Shown here: positions 63,850-64,000 of the stretch, one piece after another
Layout: the number at the start of each line of letters is the position of its first letter
Numbering within the stretch: the stretch's first letter is position 1
NCBI RefSeq assembly: GCF_006345805.1
Contig: NC_043005.1
Location: forward strand, 100,130,001-100,194,000
Source of the DNA: Octopus sinensis
Taxonomy: Eukaryota
Direction of reading: 5' to 3'
Length of the DNA: 64,000 nucleotides
The notes under the pieces: model-generated
Databases searched by the model: none
Seen by the model: the letters and a program-made list of their open reading frames with translations, nothing else
Told to the model about the DNA's origin: nothing
Translations under genes and position numbers: made by a program

Positions 63850-64000
63850 TTATAAGATTCAGTCATTTAACTGTGGCCATGGTGGAGCACCACCTTCAGT
63901 CAAGCAAATTGACCCCAGGACTTATTCTTTGTAAGCCTAGTATTTATTCTATTGGTCTCTTTTGCTGAACTACTAGTTACGGGAACGTAAACACACCAGC
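63850..64000 (-). mobile_element. SINE family A 3' part (cut by window end)
   Basis: cagtcatttaactgtggccatg...gacttattctttgtaagcctag. Confidence 0.85.

Overview
AT-rich, repeat-saturated eukaryotic DNA. The abundant tRNA-derived SINE families and (TA)n/(CA)n/(AAT)n/(GAT)n microsatellites resemble those of an octopus (coleoid cephalopod); this is inferred from pattern recognition, not a search. I cannot identify any host protein-coding gene with confidence. Almost all ORFs in the track are microsatellite read-through or SINE sequence, and only a few weak candidate exons exist, so the window is probably intronic or intergenic. Recognisable transposon fossils: two Penelope-like elements (PLE; one with RT plus GIY-YIG, one with only the C-terminus), a near-complete Tc1-like transposase with D36E spacing, mariner ends and MITEs, a hAT-like non-autonomous element carrying a Tx1/L1 fragment and TTAGGG-like repeats, an RTE 3' end, Helitron-like short elements and a probable piggyBac remnant. 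The most notable unexplained structure is a set of minimal type-I hammerhead ribozyme motifs from several unrelated families. They sit in PLE tails, in a ~0.3 kb mini-PLE with inverted termini inside (TA)n (catalytic core intact, 61414-61496), and in palindromic solo elements. Also notable: a SINE whose body is a repeat/spacer hairpin array with copy-specific unit content, an (AAT)n-targeted ~555 bp element present twice, and a GTCACA motif cluster. All alignments and coordinates were made by eye and may be off by a few bases.
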